Shown: positions 51,552-64,000, counted from the stretch's first letter. The stretch: DNA of 64,000 nt from Massalongia carnosa (GCA_965645245.1 OZ287071.1:1240001-1304000); one strand, 5' to 3'. The notes: a model not told the origin generated them from the letters alone. Made by a program: numbers and translations.

Positions 51552-54500
51552 ATGTCTGATCAACATGATTTCGATAAGAGTGTTTCGAATAGGACAACTG
51601 CTGCCCCTTACACCCCCCAACATCCTGTGCCTACGGTTCAAGGATACGAGTCACATCTCGATCACCGGAATGTAGCAGCAATCCAGCCCAGCGGCGAGGT
51701 CATCCCCAAAGATACAGGAGATGGGGGAAGGAAGCTGCACGCCCTTGTTGATTCTGCCAAAACCCATCTAGGCCTTGATTCAGCTTCAAAGGACAAATCC
51801 CAAGATGAATCCGAAATTTATAGAAGCCAAAATCGTAACATTCATCCATCGGTATCACAAAATGGCAACTTTGACGCAAGAAATCAGAGAGATTCCTTGG
51901 AGGAAAGGGATGAGGGACGATCCGATACGCAGACTGAGGATCAGACTCCTGAAGAGGCGTCACAAGCCACCGCCAATGGGTTAGACCCTCGGCAGAAACG
52001 CAAGAAAATGAAGCATGCGACAAGAGATTCTACAGGCCGAGAAGTGACTGACCCTGTGACTCATCTACCGGTTACGATTCATGATTCCTCGAATAACGAA
52101 CTGAAGAACGTGCCTGAGAATCTTTCTCCATCGGCGTTGAATCTACGAAGCTCTTTACAGTTGAGTTCAGCATCTCGGAGTGAGATCCAATTAGATCAAG
52201 AGACCCAGCAATCTCAAGCAGAACACAAGGGCATGGAAAATCTGTTCCCACCTCCAAATTTTCAAGCTGTACAGGCCGCGTTCACTCGAGCCTATAGTCT
52301 CGCGGTTTCATTCGGCTTGGGTTGTATCCTTGTACTTACAGTGATAATGTTGGTGGTTAGCCATCTTATAAGCGTGAGTACGCTATCTGGCCGAGACGTG
52401 AAGTCATCCATATCTTGGTCGCGGTTTCTTATTTCCTCGGCTACCATTATATTAGTTGGTATTGGAACTGGGGGTGGCTTGGTGTTCGGCGTTCGGGCGT
52501 GGTTGAAGAAAAGAATAGGCGAGATATGGGAGGATCAGATATGGGACGCAGCAAGAGTGCAAGAGGAGATAACTGCAGACTCTCCAATTCCCGAATCAAC
52601 CCAGTGGCTCAATTCCTTACTTACTTCCGTGTGGGCTTTGATCAATCCAGATCTCTTTACGAGCTTGGCAGATACGCTGGAGGATGTTATGCAGGCGTCG
52701 TTACCAAAGCTTGTGAGGATGATCAGTGTAGAAGATCTTGGCCAGGGAAGCGAGGCGATTCGCATACTGGGCATAAGATGGCTCCCCAGAGGTGCTGCTG
52801 CGAAAGACGTTTCTGTGAACGGGAAGCTAAAATCTCGCAAGAAAAATGACGAAAGCGATAGAAAAGTTCCCGGGGAAGGAGAGATTGACGGTGATACAAA
52901 ATCCAAAGGAGGTGCCGACCATAATCAAACGAGCAAGCAGGACGAAGAAGAAGAAAGTAAAGAAGATAACATTGCCGAAGGGATGGAGGCTGAAGAGGGA
53001 GATTTCGTCAACTTGGAAGTCGCATTCTCTTACAGGGCCTCAGGTAGCGGCAAGAGTTTAAAGGTGAAGTCAAAGAATGCTCATCTGTTCCTTGCGTTCT
53101 ATTTGCCTGGAGGAATCCGATTCCGTAGGTTCCCAACTCTGCTGCTATCTTTACCACTTTGTTGAAGATTACCCTACTTCGCTATACATCATCTTTGCTG
53201 ACTATTTCCAGCTGTTTGGGTTGAACTTCGTGGTATTGTGGGCACAATGAGAATGCGCCTTCAACTGTGCCCCGATCCTCCTTTCTTTGCACTTTGTACA
53301 ATAACTCTTCTCGGACAGCCGAAGGCTGATCTTTCATGTGTCCCTTTGACAAAAAAGGGTCTCAATATCATGGATCTTCCAATCATCTCGTCCTTTGTCC
53401 AAAGTTCCATAGATGCTGCACTTGCAGAATATGTAGCACCAAAGAGCTTGACTCTGGATCTCCAAGATATGTTAGTTGGTGATGATTTCAAAAAAGACAC
53501 CACCGCGCGAGGTGTCGTCATGGTCAGGATAAAACGAGCGAGAGGATTCAAGGAAAGCGATGCAAGCATTGGTAGACTGAAATTTGGATCGTCTGACCCG
53601 TATATAGCTGTTGGTTGGGCCAAGTTTGGAAAACCTGTGTGGACGACAAGGGTTATAGTTGACGAGATGGAACCCGTGTGGGAAGAGACGACATTCATTC
53701 TGGTAGGCCCAGAAGAGCTTAATGCCGAGGAGCGTTTGCGAGTTCAGCTCTGGGACTCTGATCGTACATCTGCTGATGATGATCTTGGAAGAATCGAAGT
53801 TGACCTTAAGGAGCTTATGCACAGCACTCATTCCAAAGGTAAGATGTGGGACCGACATGACGGCTTCTTATCAGAAGACTCGGATGAGAAGATGCCCGGT
53901 TCATTGGAGTGGAGTGTTGGCTACTATGCGAAAACTAGAATTCAGGAAGAGCAGTTGCAACGCCAAAGCGAAGACACCGAGATTAATACAATTCAGCAGC
54001 TGAAAAACTCGGTTTTGGACGAGACCGAACAAAAAATGCGAGAAGCCACCGAAAAGAATGAGTCGCTTGAAATTGATCAGCAAAAGGCTCAAGATCTTAA
54101 AAATCGTGAAGGTGAATAAAACCTATTCTGCCTTTTCCATCACGTTGCTGATCAACATCTAGACACCATGATAATCTCATCGCCTCCATCAAACGTCTAC
54201 CCCACAGGTATCTTCTCAATACAGATCCATCAGATCGCCGGCCTTGAGTTTGAGAAGATCAATAAGGAACAAAGCCAAGGGGAGGACGAAAGCGATACGG
54301 AGGAAGGCGCAGGCGATCTCCCATCAAGTTATTGTACCGTGATCCTAAACCACCAAAAAGTGTTTAGAACCCGTACGAAACCAAAGAACGCCAAACCTTT
54401 CTTCAACGCCGGCACTGAACGTTTGATCCGCGACTGGCGCACAACAGAAGTCATGCTATCGGTCCGCGACTCCCGCGTTCATGAAAATGATCCGTTGCTT

Positions 54501-55691
54501 GGCATTGTGTACTTACCTTTGGGTTATATTTTCAAGAAGCGAGCACAAATTATTGACAATTATCCGCTTGTCGGAGGCATTGGCTACGGGCGTATTCGCA
54601 TTTCCATGATCTTCCGTTCGATACAGCTACAAGCCCCCAAAGAATTGCTGGGCTGGGATTATGGTACCTTGGAGGTTACAGGGCCTATCACCTCTAGAGA
54701 CATCGCTCACGATCTCCAAAGTCTTCGACTAAAACTTCGTACTGCGGTGCATCGCGGGAAGATGTATTCAAGCAAGACCAGCGAAAAAATTGAATGGACC
54801 GGTAAAAAAGATCGACCTGTTCGCCTTGCGGTCCGAAAACGATACTGCTCCTGCCTCGTCATTGAATTTCGGAAAAGCAGTTTAGGGCTTGACAAGACCC
54901 CCGCATTTGCCGTACTTTGGCTTAAAGATATCCCTGACGATGAGGATAAAACAGTGACTTTGCCGGTTTGGCGGGGCGATGCGGATCTCAAACGGGCGGA
55001 ATCAAGCTGCATCAAGGATTTTGGGGAGAAGATGGGAAGCATTAATGTCCCGCTCAAATTTTGGCATGGGCTCAGCGGGTATCATGAAAAGCTTGCAAGC
55101 AAAAGTTCTAATATACAGGATGTGTTCCAAGTGCTAAAGACCGCGAACGACAACCAGGAAGCTCGAAATGCCATGAATGGATGGGAAGAAGGTGATTCGA
55201 GCAGCAGCAGCAGTGATTCCGATAGCTCAGATGACAACGACGATGATGACAATCGCGTGAAGAAGGAACTTCGTAGGCAACGGCGGAAAGTCTCCGCTGC
55301 TCTTGCGAAGGTTGGTCGCCAGGAACGGGGAGAGCAAGATGATGGGAAAAGGGGGCCTTTGGACCAGTTCAGGGATTACAAAGATCATAGTGATCAGCTA
55401 CATCGGCGGCATCGAGGCTTGATGCAGTGGAAGGTATGGTTCTCTCCTTACGAGGGGTTACTTCGTTTTGCGCTCGTCCTGTTTTTCTTTTTCTCAATCC
55501 CCATTATCCGATGAGCCTCTTTATCCATCCTTTTTCGTGCCCATCAATGAACCACGAGCCTAAATTAATACTTCGAACAGGGTGCCCGGACAGCCCAGTG
55601 GATGAAGACCAAAGTCCAACACGGCAAAGAACACGTACTAGATAATTTCAAACACCACGAACGAGACCCGGACATCGAAACCGAGGTCTAG
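51552..55691 (+). CDS. SMP and C2 domain membrane protein (Mug190/tricalbin-like), 4 coding exons
   Basis: REVTDPVTHLPVTIHD; two TM segments; PESTQWLNSLL..W.LINPDLF..LEDVMQASLP SMP start; C2 motifs SSDPY, W.TRVI...EPVWEE, LWDSDRTSADDDLG; final exon GARTAQWMK...IETEV TAG 55689-55691. Confidence 0.85.
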
Positions 55692-56060
55692 CGCGCCCCC
55701 GTTGACGCGCCACAGTAGTATGTATTTCGGAACGGTTGGTTTCTGGCTCTGCAAGCTTTCTTTGCATGCTTGCATTTTCGGGCTGGTAGCATTCTAAGTT
55801 CATGAAAGGGGAGTTGGCGAGTTCGGCACGAGCGACGTGGGTTTAGGGGTTGGTACTGTGAAGCATGCTCTTGGCGGACTTTTCAGGATCCGGTGATGAG
55901 GGGCGGCGTTTGGAAAACCTAAGCATACGTATACTTTCTTAGGCATGGAATGGCGAGGGGGGCAATCTCTCCACAGGGGAAAGGGGGCGGGTTGTTTCGC
56001 TAGGTGGTTCTCAGGGACTGATTATTTGTATGTGTGTGTACGATAGCATAGGTAATGAAG

Positions 56061-56084
56061 CACGACGACGACGACGACGACGAC
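56061..56084. repeat. (GAC)n microsatellite
   Basis: cacgacgacgacgacgacgacgac read directly; a (TCA)n tract is also present at ~56390-56411. Confidence 0.85.
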
Positions 56085-56696
56085 TGCGAGGGGGAGCATA
56101 GTTAAACTGAACGGTCATTTTCTCGTTCGCTCGCGTCCCAAACCCCCAAGAGCGGAATTCGGGCGCAGTGGTGGGTTATTCCGTTGCGGACTTTGCCCGC
56201 AAAACCAGTCCCCGCGCTGCAACTTGTAGTTATGTTTTCCCGCCCAGTTCCGCGTAAGGTGAGTGGATGGAAGGGTTTCGGTAGGGGGTTTGGGGAAGGT
56301 TGAAGGAGGTGGTGGTTGATGGACGGATAGGGAAGGGTGAGAGAACGGGGAAGCGAGAAGACGAACACGACGAAAAAGTCGGACGAAGAATCATCATCAT
56401 CATCATCATCAGATGGGGTTTTAGTATTTAGACAGAGGGGAGAAAAAAGAATGAATGGACGCGGAAAATAGGAAAAACTGGAAAAGGAAAAGAAGACAAG
56501 GGAAAAACAGGCATCAGATTTCCCGGAATTTGTTTTCCCGTCCTTCTCGCGCTTATAGACAAAACGTACGCAGCCGAGGCCATATATGTCGCACACGAGA
56601 TGCCTACCCACTCACTCAGCCAGTCCAGTCCAGTCCAGTCCAAGATCGCTCCACACCCGATTCTTCACCCCCCCACCCACCACCTTCTTTCCCCTT

Positions 56697-57420
56697 TCAC
56701 CCAACCTTCTTCTTCCCAGCCCCGCCCCTCTGCGCCCCCGCGCCCCTTCCCCCCCGCTCCGCCCTTTCCGCCCCCCTCTCCCGCTCCATCCTGTCCATCT
56801 CCTGCCCCTCCTTCCTCTCCGCGTACCACTGCCCGGCCTGCAGCACCAACACGCCCACCAGCACCAGCGCCAAGATGGTATTGCTGGCCGCGAGCACCTT
56901 GAGGCTATCATCCCTCCCCAGCGGGACCTCCTCGCCGGGCTCCACACCCGACACGCCGACGGCCAGCTCCCCTTGCACAAGCTCGACGTCGTACAGCCCC
57001 GAGCTCACAACGCGCAGGCCCTTGACGATGTTGGCCAGGTAGACGATCACGCCGCACATGTAGAGCACCAGGCTGGCGCCGTCGAAGAGCGCGTTAGACT
57101 CTGACGGCCGGTACAGCTTGATGAAGAACCCTAGCAGGCCGACGCTGATGACGATGTGCAGGATGCGTGGGATGATGGGGGGCGAGGCGTGCAGGAGGGC
57201 GAGATGGGTCTCTAGCACGGCGAAGTGGGAGGCGGGCGTGGGCGTGGCGGTCCAGAGGAGGGGGTAGTCGTAGGGGAAGAGGGAGAAGAGGATGCCGAGG
57301 AAGAAGGACGTGGCTGTTTGCGCCAGGGGTGATTAGAGGATTGGGAAGGGAGAGGAAGGGGGACGTACGGCAGAGGATCATAAACGTGGCAAAGGATTGG
57401 GAGCGGTTTCCTAAAGGCAT
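56697..57420 (-). CDS. SHR3: ER membrane packaging chaperone for amino acid permeases, 2 exons
   Basis: SFATFMILC-PTSFFLGILF..FPYDYPLLW, KLYRPSESNALFDGASLVLY, LKVLAASNTILALVLVGVLVLQAGQWYAE; intron 57314-57368 (GTACGT..CAG). Confidence 0.92.
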
Positions 57421-59908
57421 GATGTTGCGCCGGGTGGGGATTGGGTTTGGGTGGTGGGCGATTCCGATGGTGGAAGGGATGATTGTGTTGGTTTCTGAAG
57501 CAATGTCGCTGTTGAGGACATGTAGTTCTCGATGGTAGGATTTTTCTTCGAGCCGTCAACAGATTCTGTCGCTCGAGTTGCGCAAGGCTGGGCGTGGATC
57601 TCGGGGTTCGCGGGGACGGGCTTGTCAATTTCCAGCTTCCTCTTTGCGCTATTCTCCGAGGCGGAGGTGAGTGCAACGAGTTCTTCCTATCGCTCAAGAG
57701 CAATAGGTATTCACTGTAGATTTCTCTATGCGAAATCAAATGTTGGATGGATTTAGTTCAATGGTGGAGTGATTTGATGTTTGCCGTTCGAAATTGCAAT
57801 TTGTATGTTTGCGGAGTAGAGGTTGCCGTTTAGTTTAAACGGCTGGCAAGCGGGGAGTTTGCGGATTAGATAACCGCTGTTCATACTCTATACTCAACTG
57901 AGCATTCGCAAGATTGAAATCAATTATCTTTTTATCATCCTTCATTCATATATTAACGAGTTCAAGGCAACAAAGCAATTCGTATCCAACGGCATCCGAC
58001 CATCTGACCCAGCCTAACCAAACCAATGGGCCTGCCACCAACTATTCCCGCTCGATCCCACTTCGTCAGGAATAATACCTATCCCAAAGTTTCTCTTTAT
58101 TTGCCTCGTTCGCGAGCTATGCGCTAGAATCCATCGCCTACGTGAGCGTCGTCTGATGCGTGAGCAGCGACTCGACTGAAAGTAACAGCGTAGTGGTATG
58201 CGTGAAAAGAGCCTCCCTGGTGAAAAAGGTATTTGACCGACAAGTAGAGCGCATTTTAGAGAGCACGCACCCATTTCCTGGTCAAGGACGGCGGTGAGTT
58301 CGTAGTGGACCGCACCAACATCTGGAGGCATCTATATTTGGTAATATAACATTTTCTCTAATCCACGAGTGTGCAAGGATGACCCCTTAGTGGCTGGCAG
58401 CGTACAACTTGGATCAACATACCTGATGGAGGTGGCAGATCCCTCAATCTTCTTTCAAATAGCCATAGGTAGCGGAGAGAGCGCGGCTTGCTCAAAGTAG
58501 AGTCATGAGATTGATGTTCTAGGATAGGACTTTCAGTAACTCCTCTGATTGAGGCTCGCTGTCCGCATTCAGACTTGAAGGCCACCCGCTAGGCATCCCT
58601 GGGGTGGGGATATGAGAACTGAGGGTTCGGGAGCTGGGAATTTTTAAGGGAGAGGCACATTTGCCATGGAGCTGAAATAACTTGATGCCAATTCCGACCC
58701 GATGAGATTTGGCGTTTGGTAGTACAACCTTTGATAGAAAATAGAGGAGGCGATGACATTGTTTCGAGTCGACAAGCTTTAGACGGCAAGGTGAGTGGAA
58801 ATTGAAACTAAATCAAGCAGGCCTATTTAGACATTGAAGGACCGAACGAGACGACTGAAAGAATCATGAACCAGCTAAGAGGTCTTAAGGCTCGGGTCAA
58901 GTAGATCCGTGCTCCACGCGATCGAGCGGTTGACATTGTCGATGGTCAACCTCTTCACAATGCTCCAGAGGGGGTGCGTCGTATCGTTTTCAATCGGCAC
59001 ATCAGAAATTTGGAATCCTGAGGCAGGAGCAAATCACCGCTAGTTTCCAGCGTACATGTGCTGAGAGCTAACTATCCCCCTTGTCAGGCAACATGGCTTC
59101 CACGACACCGGCCTTAAAAGGGAGGTCGAAGTCATGCATATCGATAGTTATTTGGTGGCTAGGCAAAGCCTGCATTCAGTAGTTTACTCCGTACTCTGTA
59201 CATGGGAACGACACTTGGTGGTCAGAGTGAATTCAACAAAACAGAAAGGAGAAAAACCCGTCATGTATGTACATACCCCGCCTGCCACCCCTTCAAGCCG
59301 GCCATCATTATTAGATCTCTTCAATAGACACAAATAAACCCTCGAACCAAAACCGGCATTCTTATTGTCTCTTCCCTAGCAATAACGAATAGAAACGGCT
59401 CACTTATCTCTTCAGGTCTCGAAACTCACATCCCGATGCAAATACGTGGCACTCCATTTGCCTCCCTCACGATCAATGAAGATTGTTGTACGGAACAGCT
59501 CTACCCTATCCATGGATTTTCGACGATTAGCCAACCACAGTTCTCGACCTCCATCTAGTTTGTCCACGTTCCTAATCCGGAGCTGTACTTCGTACAGAGT
59601 CTATACCTAGCGTATCGCGAAAGTCCCGTACAGTCTAAATAGCTTTGCACGTGTTTCGTTGATTGATGGAAAGCGGTTGCTGCTTCAGCTGCTGTGCCAA
59701 CTATTCAAGACCCAGAGATGCACAAGCAGCAAAGTGGAACAAAAATCCAGAAGGCAGGATCGACCTGGAGTGAGGAAATGGATAACACTCAACCCCGCAT
59801 TGACAGTCTATTTGAAGAGAATGATGGACCGCAATTGACATTTCCATCAGCCAAAGTGTCTCTTCTATTCGAACCCTCTTTAGAGAGTATCGACAGTCCT
59901 CTACCACT

Positions 59909-60220
59909 ATGAAGCTCGTAACCTTTCTCGTCACTTTGTGCTATCTCGCAACCACTGCTACCGCGGCCATCAATGGGCGTTGCGATACGGGCCAACCGAT
60001 TGGGCTTGAAGGTGTCTGCGTGTCCACGACCAACTGTCAACAGGATGGCGGCAAGTACGTCAACGGCAAATGTCCCAACGATCCCGCGAACATCAAGTGC
60101 TGCTACAAGAACAATTGTTCCCCGTATGGAGACGGAGGCGCCTGTTCGTGGAGTTGCCCTTATACGCCCATTCGAGGGGTGTGTCCTGGTCCGGCTGGTT
60201 TCACCTGCTGCGTTAGCTAG
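59909..60220 (+). CDS. Small secreted protein with two tandem 6-Cys (beta-defensin-like spacing) modules
   Basis: Signal peptide MKLVTFLVTLCYLATTATA; 12 Cys in the mature part arranged twice as C-C-C-C-CC, each with GxC and G.CP motifs; intronless 103 aa. Confidence 0.85.
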   Translation: MKLVTFLVTLCYLATTATAAINGRCDTGQPIGLEGVCVSTTNCQQDGGKYVNGKCPNDPANIKCCYKNNCSPYGDGGACSWSCPYTPIRGVCPGPAGFTCCVS

Positions 60221-60879
60221 GGTTGAGGAAGGGCATATCCTAGGTATGCTCTTTTTGGAAAAGCGTGAATTTTATGCTAAATCTCGAGTTAGTTACAAAC
60301 GAGAAGGTTTTCGAGGGGAGGTATACCGATGGGCTTGGGAGAAAAAAACAAAATCAAGGCTTGGTGGGATATGGCTCCAAAAATGAAGCATCAAGTAGTA
60401 TCGTTAGAAATGATAGGAGGTGGCAAGCTTTAATCAGCTCTCATTGATACATTCCACCGTAGTTACCCTAAAAGAAATTCTATTTCCAACTCTCTTCTAA
60501 TGACCTCGTTCAATCATCAACCCATCACCATATGTAACTTGTAAGCAGCTCGAGCATTTCTCACTCCAGGCTCCTCCACCAGAAGAATCCTTAATCGTCT
60601 GCACGTTTCAGACAAAGTCAGCAAATACCTATAATTATGTAAGCAAGTTTGGCGCGGGAGAAAAAGGTCCGAGATAGGTATTCGCAAGGATTAGTGCAGA
60701 GCTTGGAAGACTCGGATGGTAGAGTAGAGCAAAGATAAAAGGCTCGGCCTATGAAAGCGAGCGAGCGAGCGAGCGCCGGCTAATAACGACGTTCGTAGTA
60801 AATTTGGCACGGCTGGAATCTGGTGTAGAATGTAGACTGTTTGCACTAGCGAGGATTTGAGCCAGCAGATGACTATGGA

Positions 60880-60929
60880 ATGAGAATGAGAATGAGAAGA
60901 AGAAGGAGCAGCAGCAGCAGCAGCAGCAA
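60880..60929. repeat. (GAATGA)n, (GAA)n and (CAG)n simple-repeat cluster
   Basis: gaatgagaatgagaatgagaagaagaaggagcagcagcagcagcagcagcaa read directly; (GCGA)n at ~60757-60775. Confidence 0.8.
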
Positions 60930-61474
60930 GTTGCTAATCGTTACATATCTATCTCCAGGTCATGCGTGAACCGGGTGGACGAAAACCGGCTCGCTCGCCA
61001 CTTTTCCTCCCGTGGCTATCTCTCTAAACGCGGAAGGGATGGAAGGAATGGAAACGGAAAGGGATATGTCCGGGGGGAGAAAAGAAATGTCTGAACATAT
61101 CTAAAATCTCAAGCGAAGACTGGAGATTGCATTCTTTGCCAGATCGAAGATGCGCGACAGTTTTATCCTAAAGAAAGAACTTGTTGACCGTTGGGGAGCG
61201 ATCCCCTTCTCTTTTTTTCTATTATTCCCTTCTAACAGACTTAAGTCGTGCTATAATTTTTAGCAGTGACATAATGTAGCACAAAAAAAACAAAAAACAA
61301 AAACAAAAAAAAACGCAATCCTAGCTCTTAGAGATACATTTCCCATCATACAGTGACGTCGACTGACAGATCCATTCTCTTCAGACTCCGATAGATGTTA
61401 TCCGAATAGTAATGACGGTCATAGCAACAAAAATAGACGGCATGGGCAGTAAATTCTCGGATCCGGATGGATAC

Positions 61475-62863
61475 CTATCCTCCCACAAGATCGGTATGAG
61501 CGCTGATTCTCCAAAATTTCCAACCTTCCCGTTTTTCCTGTACGCCCACACCGACCAAGCGTTCCACTCCTTCCCGGCCATCGGCATTCAAGAACTTCTC
61601 TTGGTCGATTTCTTCTCCCCCTTCCTCATCGGTGCCGTTACGCAGTATCGCCGGCATCAGCACGCCAACACCGTCACCTCCTAAGGTGGCCTCGAATCTC
61701 TCAAAATCTTCTACATCAAGATTTTTCTCAAGCACCCGGAGCGCTGCCGGCGACGCTCCAGGCTTTAGCAATGTGATGGCACTTCCGCCTCCGCCTCCGC
61801 CAGTGAGTTTTGTCCAACCAACACCGGCTGAATTCACTAGTTCACTGATACGCTCTAGCCTTGGGTGTGACACGCCGAGGGACACCAAGAGACCATGGTT
61901 AATTTGGATAAGCTCCCCCAGCACATTGGTGACATCTTGACTGTCTTCATCGAAATCAGGGTCACTGATAAGATCATGTGCAGATTCGGAAACTTTGTCA
62001 ATGGCTTCCAGCACAAGACCGGTGATGACGGGTTGTGACAGATTTAACGCTGCAACCTTGGCTACTTCTGCTGCAGTTGATCTGACTTGTCGAGTGTTAA
62101 CTAGTAGAAAACGCAGCTCAGGAAAACTGTACAGCGGTGTGACGTTGGGCGCTTTGGTGTAATCCTTGCGTTTGAAAAGGACAGCCTTCCCGCCAGTTGA
62201 AACAGTATTGTCCACCCCACTAGGGTTTCCATGGATGCACATCTCTCCTACAAATGCCCATCTGTTTATTCGTTCGATCTGTAGCTCGGCTTCCTCACGG
62301 GGCTGATCGGGATGAGGTCCTGAAAGTGTGCGCAGCTGAAGAAGAAGTGCCGAACTCAGGCAAACGCTTATACTTGCGCTACTTCCTAGACCAGCCCCTA
62401 TCGGCAAAGTAGACCGCAAAGTATAAATACAACCGGGGAAGCTCTGAGAGCCTAGCGAGAGAAACAGATATAGAAACGCCGAGGCTGCAGCTTGATGTAT
62501 CTTTCGGTTTTCAGGCGAAGCATTTGGCGAAACGCTGGCAAGATGTGGTCTCATGGCCTCAACAAGGTCAGGATCGAGTGAGGTTACTAGATCATAATAA
62601 AACTTCTTTTTGGAAGGATGCGAGAAGGTTGCCCATGGTAAATCATCAATCCTCCACGTGTGATGAAATAATATGTCCGGAAATCTTAGGGTTATAATCC
62701 TGTCGGTTTTCGACAAAGCAGTCACTAGCAAGTAGGAACGGAGAGATATCGCTGCTGCTATGGCAGATTTTCCGTGTACCACCGCGTGTTCTCCAAAGAG
62801 TATGACCTTGCCAGGCGCAGAGGTAAGAAAACTTGGCATCACTGGCGTCATCCTGACGGTCAT
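61475..62863 (-). CDS. ERG12: Mevalonate kinase
   Basis: SAPGKVILFGEHAVVHGK, GHMP motif LPIGAGLGSSAS, EMCIHGNPSGVDN, KLTGGGGGG; first in-frame ATG at 62863. Confidence 0.95.
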   Translation of the reverse strand: MTVRMTPVMPSFLTSAPGKVILFGEHAVVHGKSAIAAAISLRSYLLVTALSKTDRIITLRFPDILFHHTWRIDDLPWATFSHPSKKKFYYDLVTSLDPDLVEAMRPHLASVSPNASPENRKIHQAAASAFLYLFLSLGSQSFPGCIYTLRSTLPIGAGLGSSASISVCLSSALLLQLRTLSGPHPDQPREEAELQIERINRWAFVGEMCIHGNPSGVDNTVSTGGKAVLFKRKDYTKAPNVTPLYSFPELRFLLVNTRQVRSTAAEVAKVAALNLSQPVITGLVLEAIDKVSESAHDLISDPDFDEDSQDVTNVLGELIQINHGLLVSLGVSHPRLERISELVNSAGVGWTKLTGGGGGGSAITLLKPGASPAALRVLEKNLDVEDFERFEATLGGDGVGVLMPAILRNGTDEEGGEEIDQEKFLNADGREGVERLVGVGVQEKREGWKFWRISAHTDLVGG

Positions 62864-63394
62864 ACTTTCAACGAGTCTGCCAGGCACCAGCTTTAATATT
62901 AATCAAGCGCAAAATTGCTGAAGGAATAGGAATTGGTGGCAATGAAGTCGGATGATAATCAGACGCTCCAAAAAGAACTACTCACTAAGCGTCAGCGGAG
63001 ACATTTCTTGAAGGATTGAAACTAAAGGAGAAGATGAAAGTAATTGAAAGACGAGAAAGATTTATAACACTGATTTAATTGTTACTAGACAGTATTTGAG
63101 TGGTTAAAGCTTTGCTGGGCTCGCTGAGTAAGTGTTAAGCGTTTTTGAATGACGATATGATGAGATGTCCTCGAAAATAAAAGAAGTTCGGTCCCGATGC
63201 TTTTGGACACGCCGAAGCGGCTTAGATGAGCCGTGTAACTATGTCGCACCGCACGAGGTCATGTGAGATCCCGCGTCCGGGTACCTGGCTAATGTGTGAA
63301 TGTTTATCCGGTCCGATCCATATGTGGCTTCAACAAGTCGTACGGTATTGCTTGCTTACTTCCTATTTTCAGGATCAGTTGATATAACGCAATC

Positions 63395-64000
63395 ATGGAT
63401 ATGCTTCAAGTGAGCGGACCTCCTTTGCAAATCCGAAGTGTTTCTAACAATTTATCATTACAGCGCCTTGGTCGACTTCTGGACAGACCCCAATTTCCAT
63501 GGAAGCGTCTGATTGTTGGCTTTTCCCTCGCGCAGTATATCCTTGAGAGCTTCCTCTCCTACCGCCAATACAGGGTATTGCAACAGAAGAAGCCGCCAAA
63601 AGCACTTCAAGGTGAAGTCTCGCAAGAAGTCTTCGAAAAAAGCCAGGTACGCTACCCTCCGTGGAGCACAGAAAGCTCTACTAACGCTTAATGATCAAGG
63701 CATACGGTCGGGCCAAAGCAGAATTTGGCTTTGTGTCCTCCTTGTATGGCCAGGTGCAGAACTATGGCATTATCTACTACGATGTCCTTCCGAAATTGTG
63801 GTCCCTCACTGGCATTTGGTTAACCCGCTATCTTCCTGCAAGTTATTCTGGGGAGATTATTCATACTTTGATATTCTTTTTCACTTTTAACATAATCACT
63901 ACGGCCTTGAACCTTCCGATTTCGTACTACAACAATTTTGTTGTTGAAGAAAAGTTTGGCTTTAATAAGCAGACTGTCAAGTTATGGGTTACCGACATGC
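63395..64000 (+). CDS. STE24: CAAX prenyl protease 1 (M48), 5' part, runs off the window
   Basis: Spliced MDMLQ-RLGRLLDRPQFPWKRLIVGFSLAQYILESFLSYRQY..FEKSQ-AYGRAKA...P.SYY..FVVEEKFGFNKQT..LW.TD, matching the Ste24 N-terminus. Confidence 0.9.

Noticed and set aside
56102..57104. Long Pro-rich or Gly/Arg-rich ORFs around SHR3
   Set aside because: Products of extreme local GC content and skew in antisense or alternate frames of SHR3 and its 3' UTR.

Overview
Eukaryotic, intron-containing genomic DNA from a filamentous ascomycete (short GT-AG introns with CTAAC/CTGAC-type branch sites, Pezizomycotina-type proteins). Mostly conserved housekeeping genes: M16 metalloprotease, ZW10/Dsl1, mitochondrial bL34, M1 aminopeptidase APE2, ATG1, Seb1/MsnA C2H2 factor, DPH6, dolichol kinase, DPH4, TXL1, a Mug190-like SMP/C2 protein, SHR3, ERG12 and the 5' part of STE24. 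Between them lie two small secreted Cys-rich proteins (one double beta-defensin-like), three apparent pseudogenes (SAM methyltransferase; a large protein with a HicA-like C-terminus; a Cys-rich single-pass membrane protein) and an ~11 kb ORF-poor interval between divergent ATG1 and SEB1. The most unusual non-genic signals are repeated local C/T-rich to G/A-rich strand-skew switches that ignore gene orientation, and a dispersed GTACTC(C/T/G)GTA-like motif family. I saw no tRNA, rRNA, CRISPR or intact transposon. All family calls come from motif recognition by eye, not from database searches, and exon boundaries are manual predictions.
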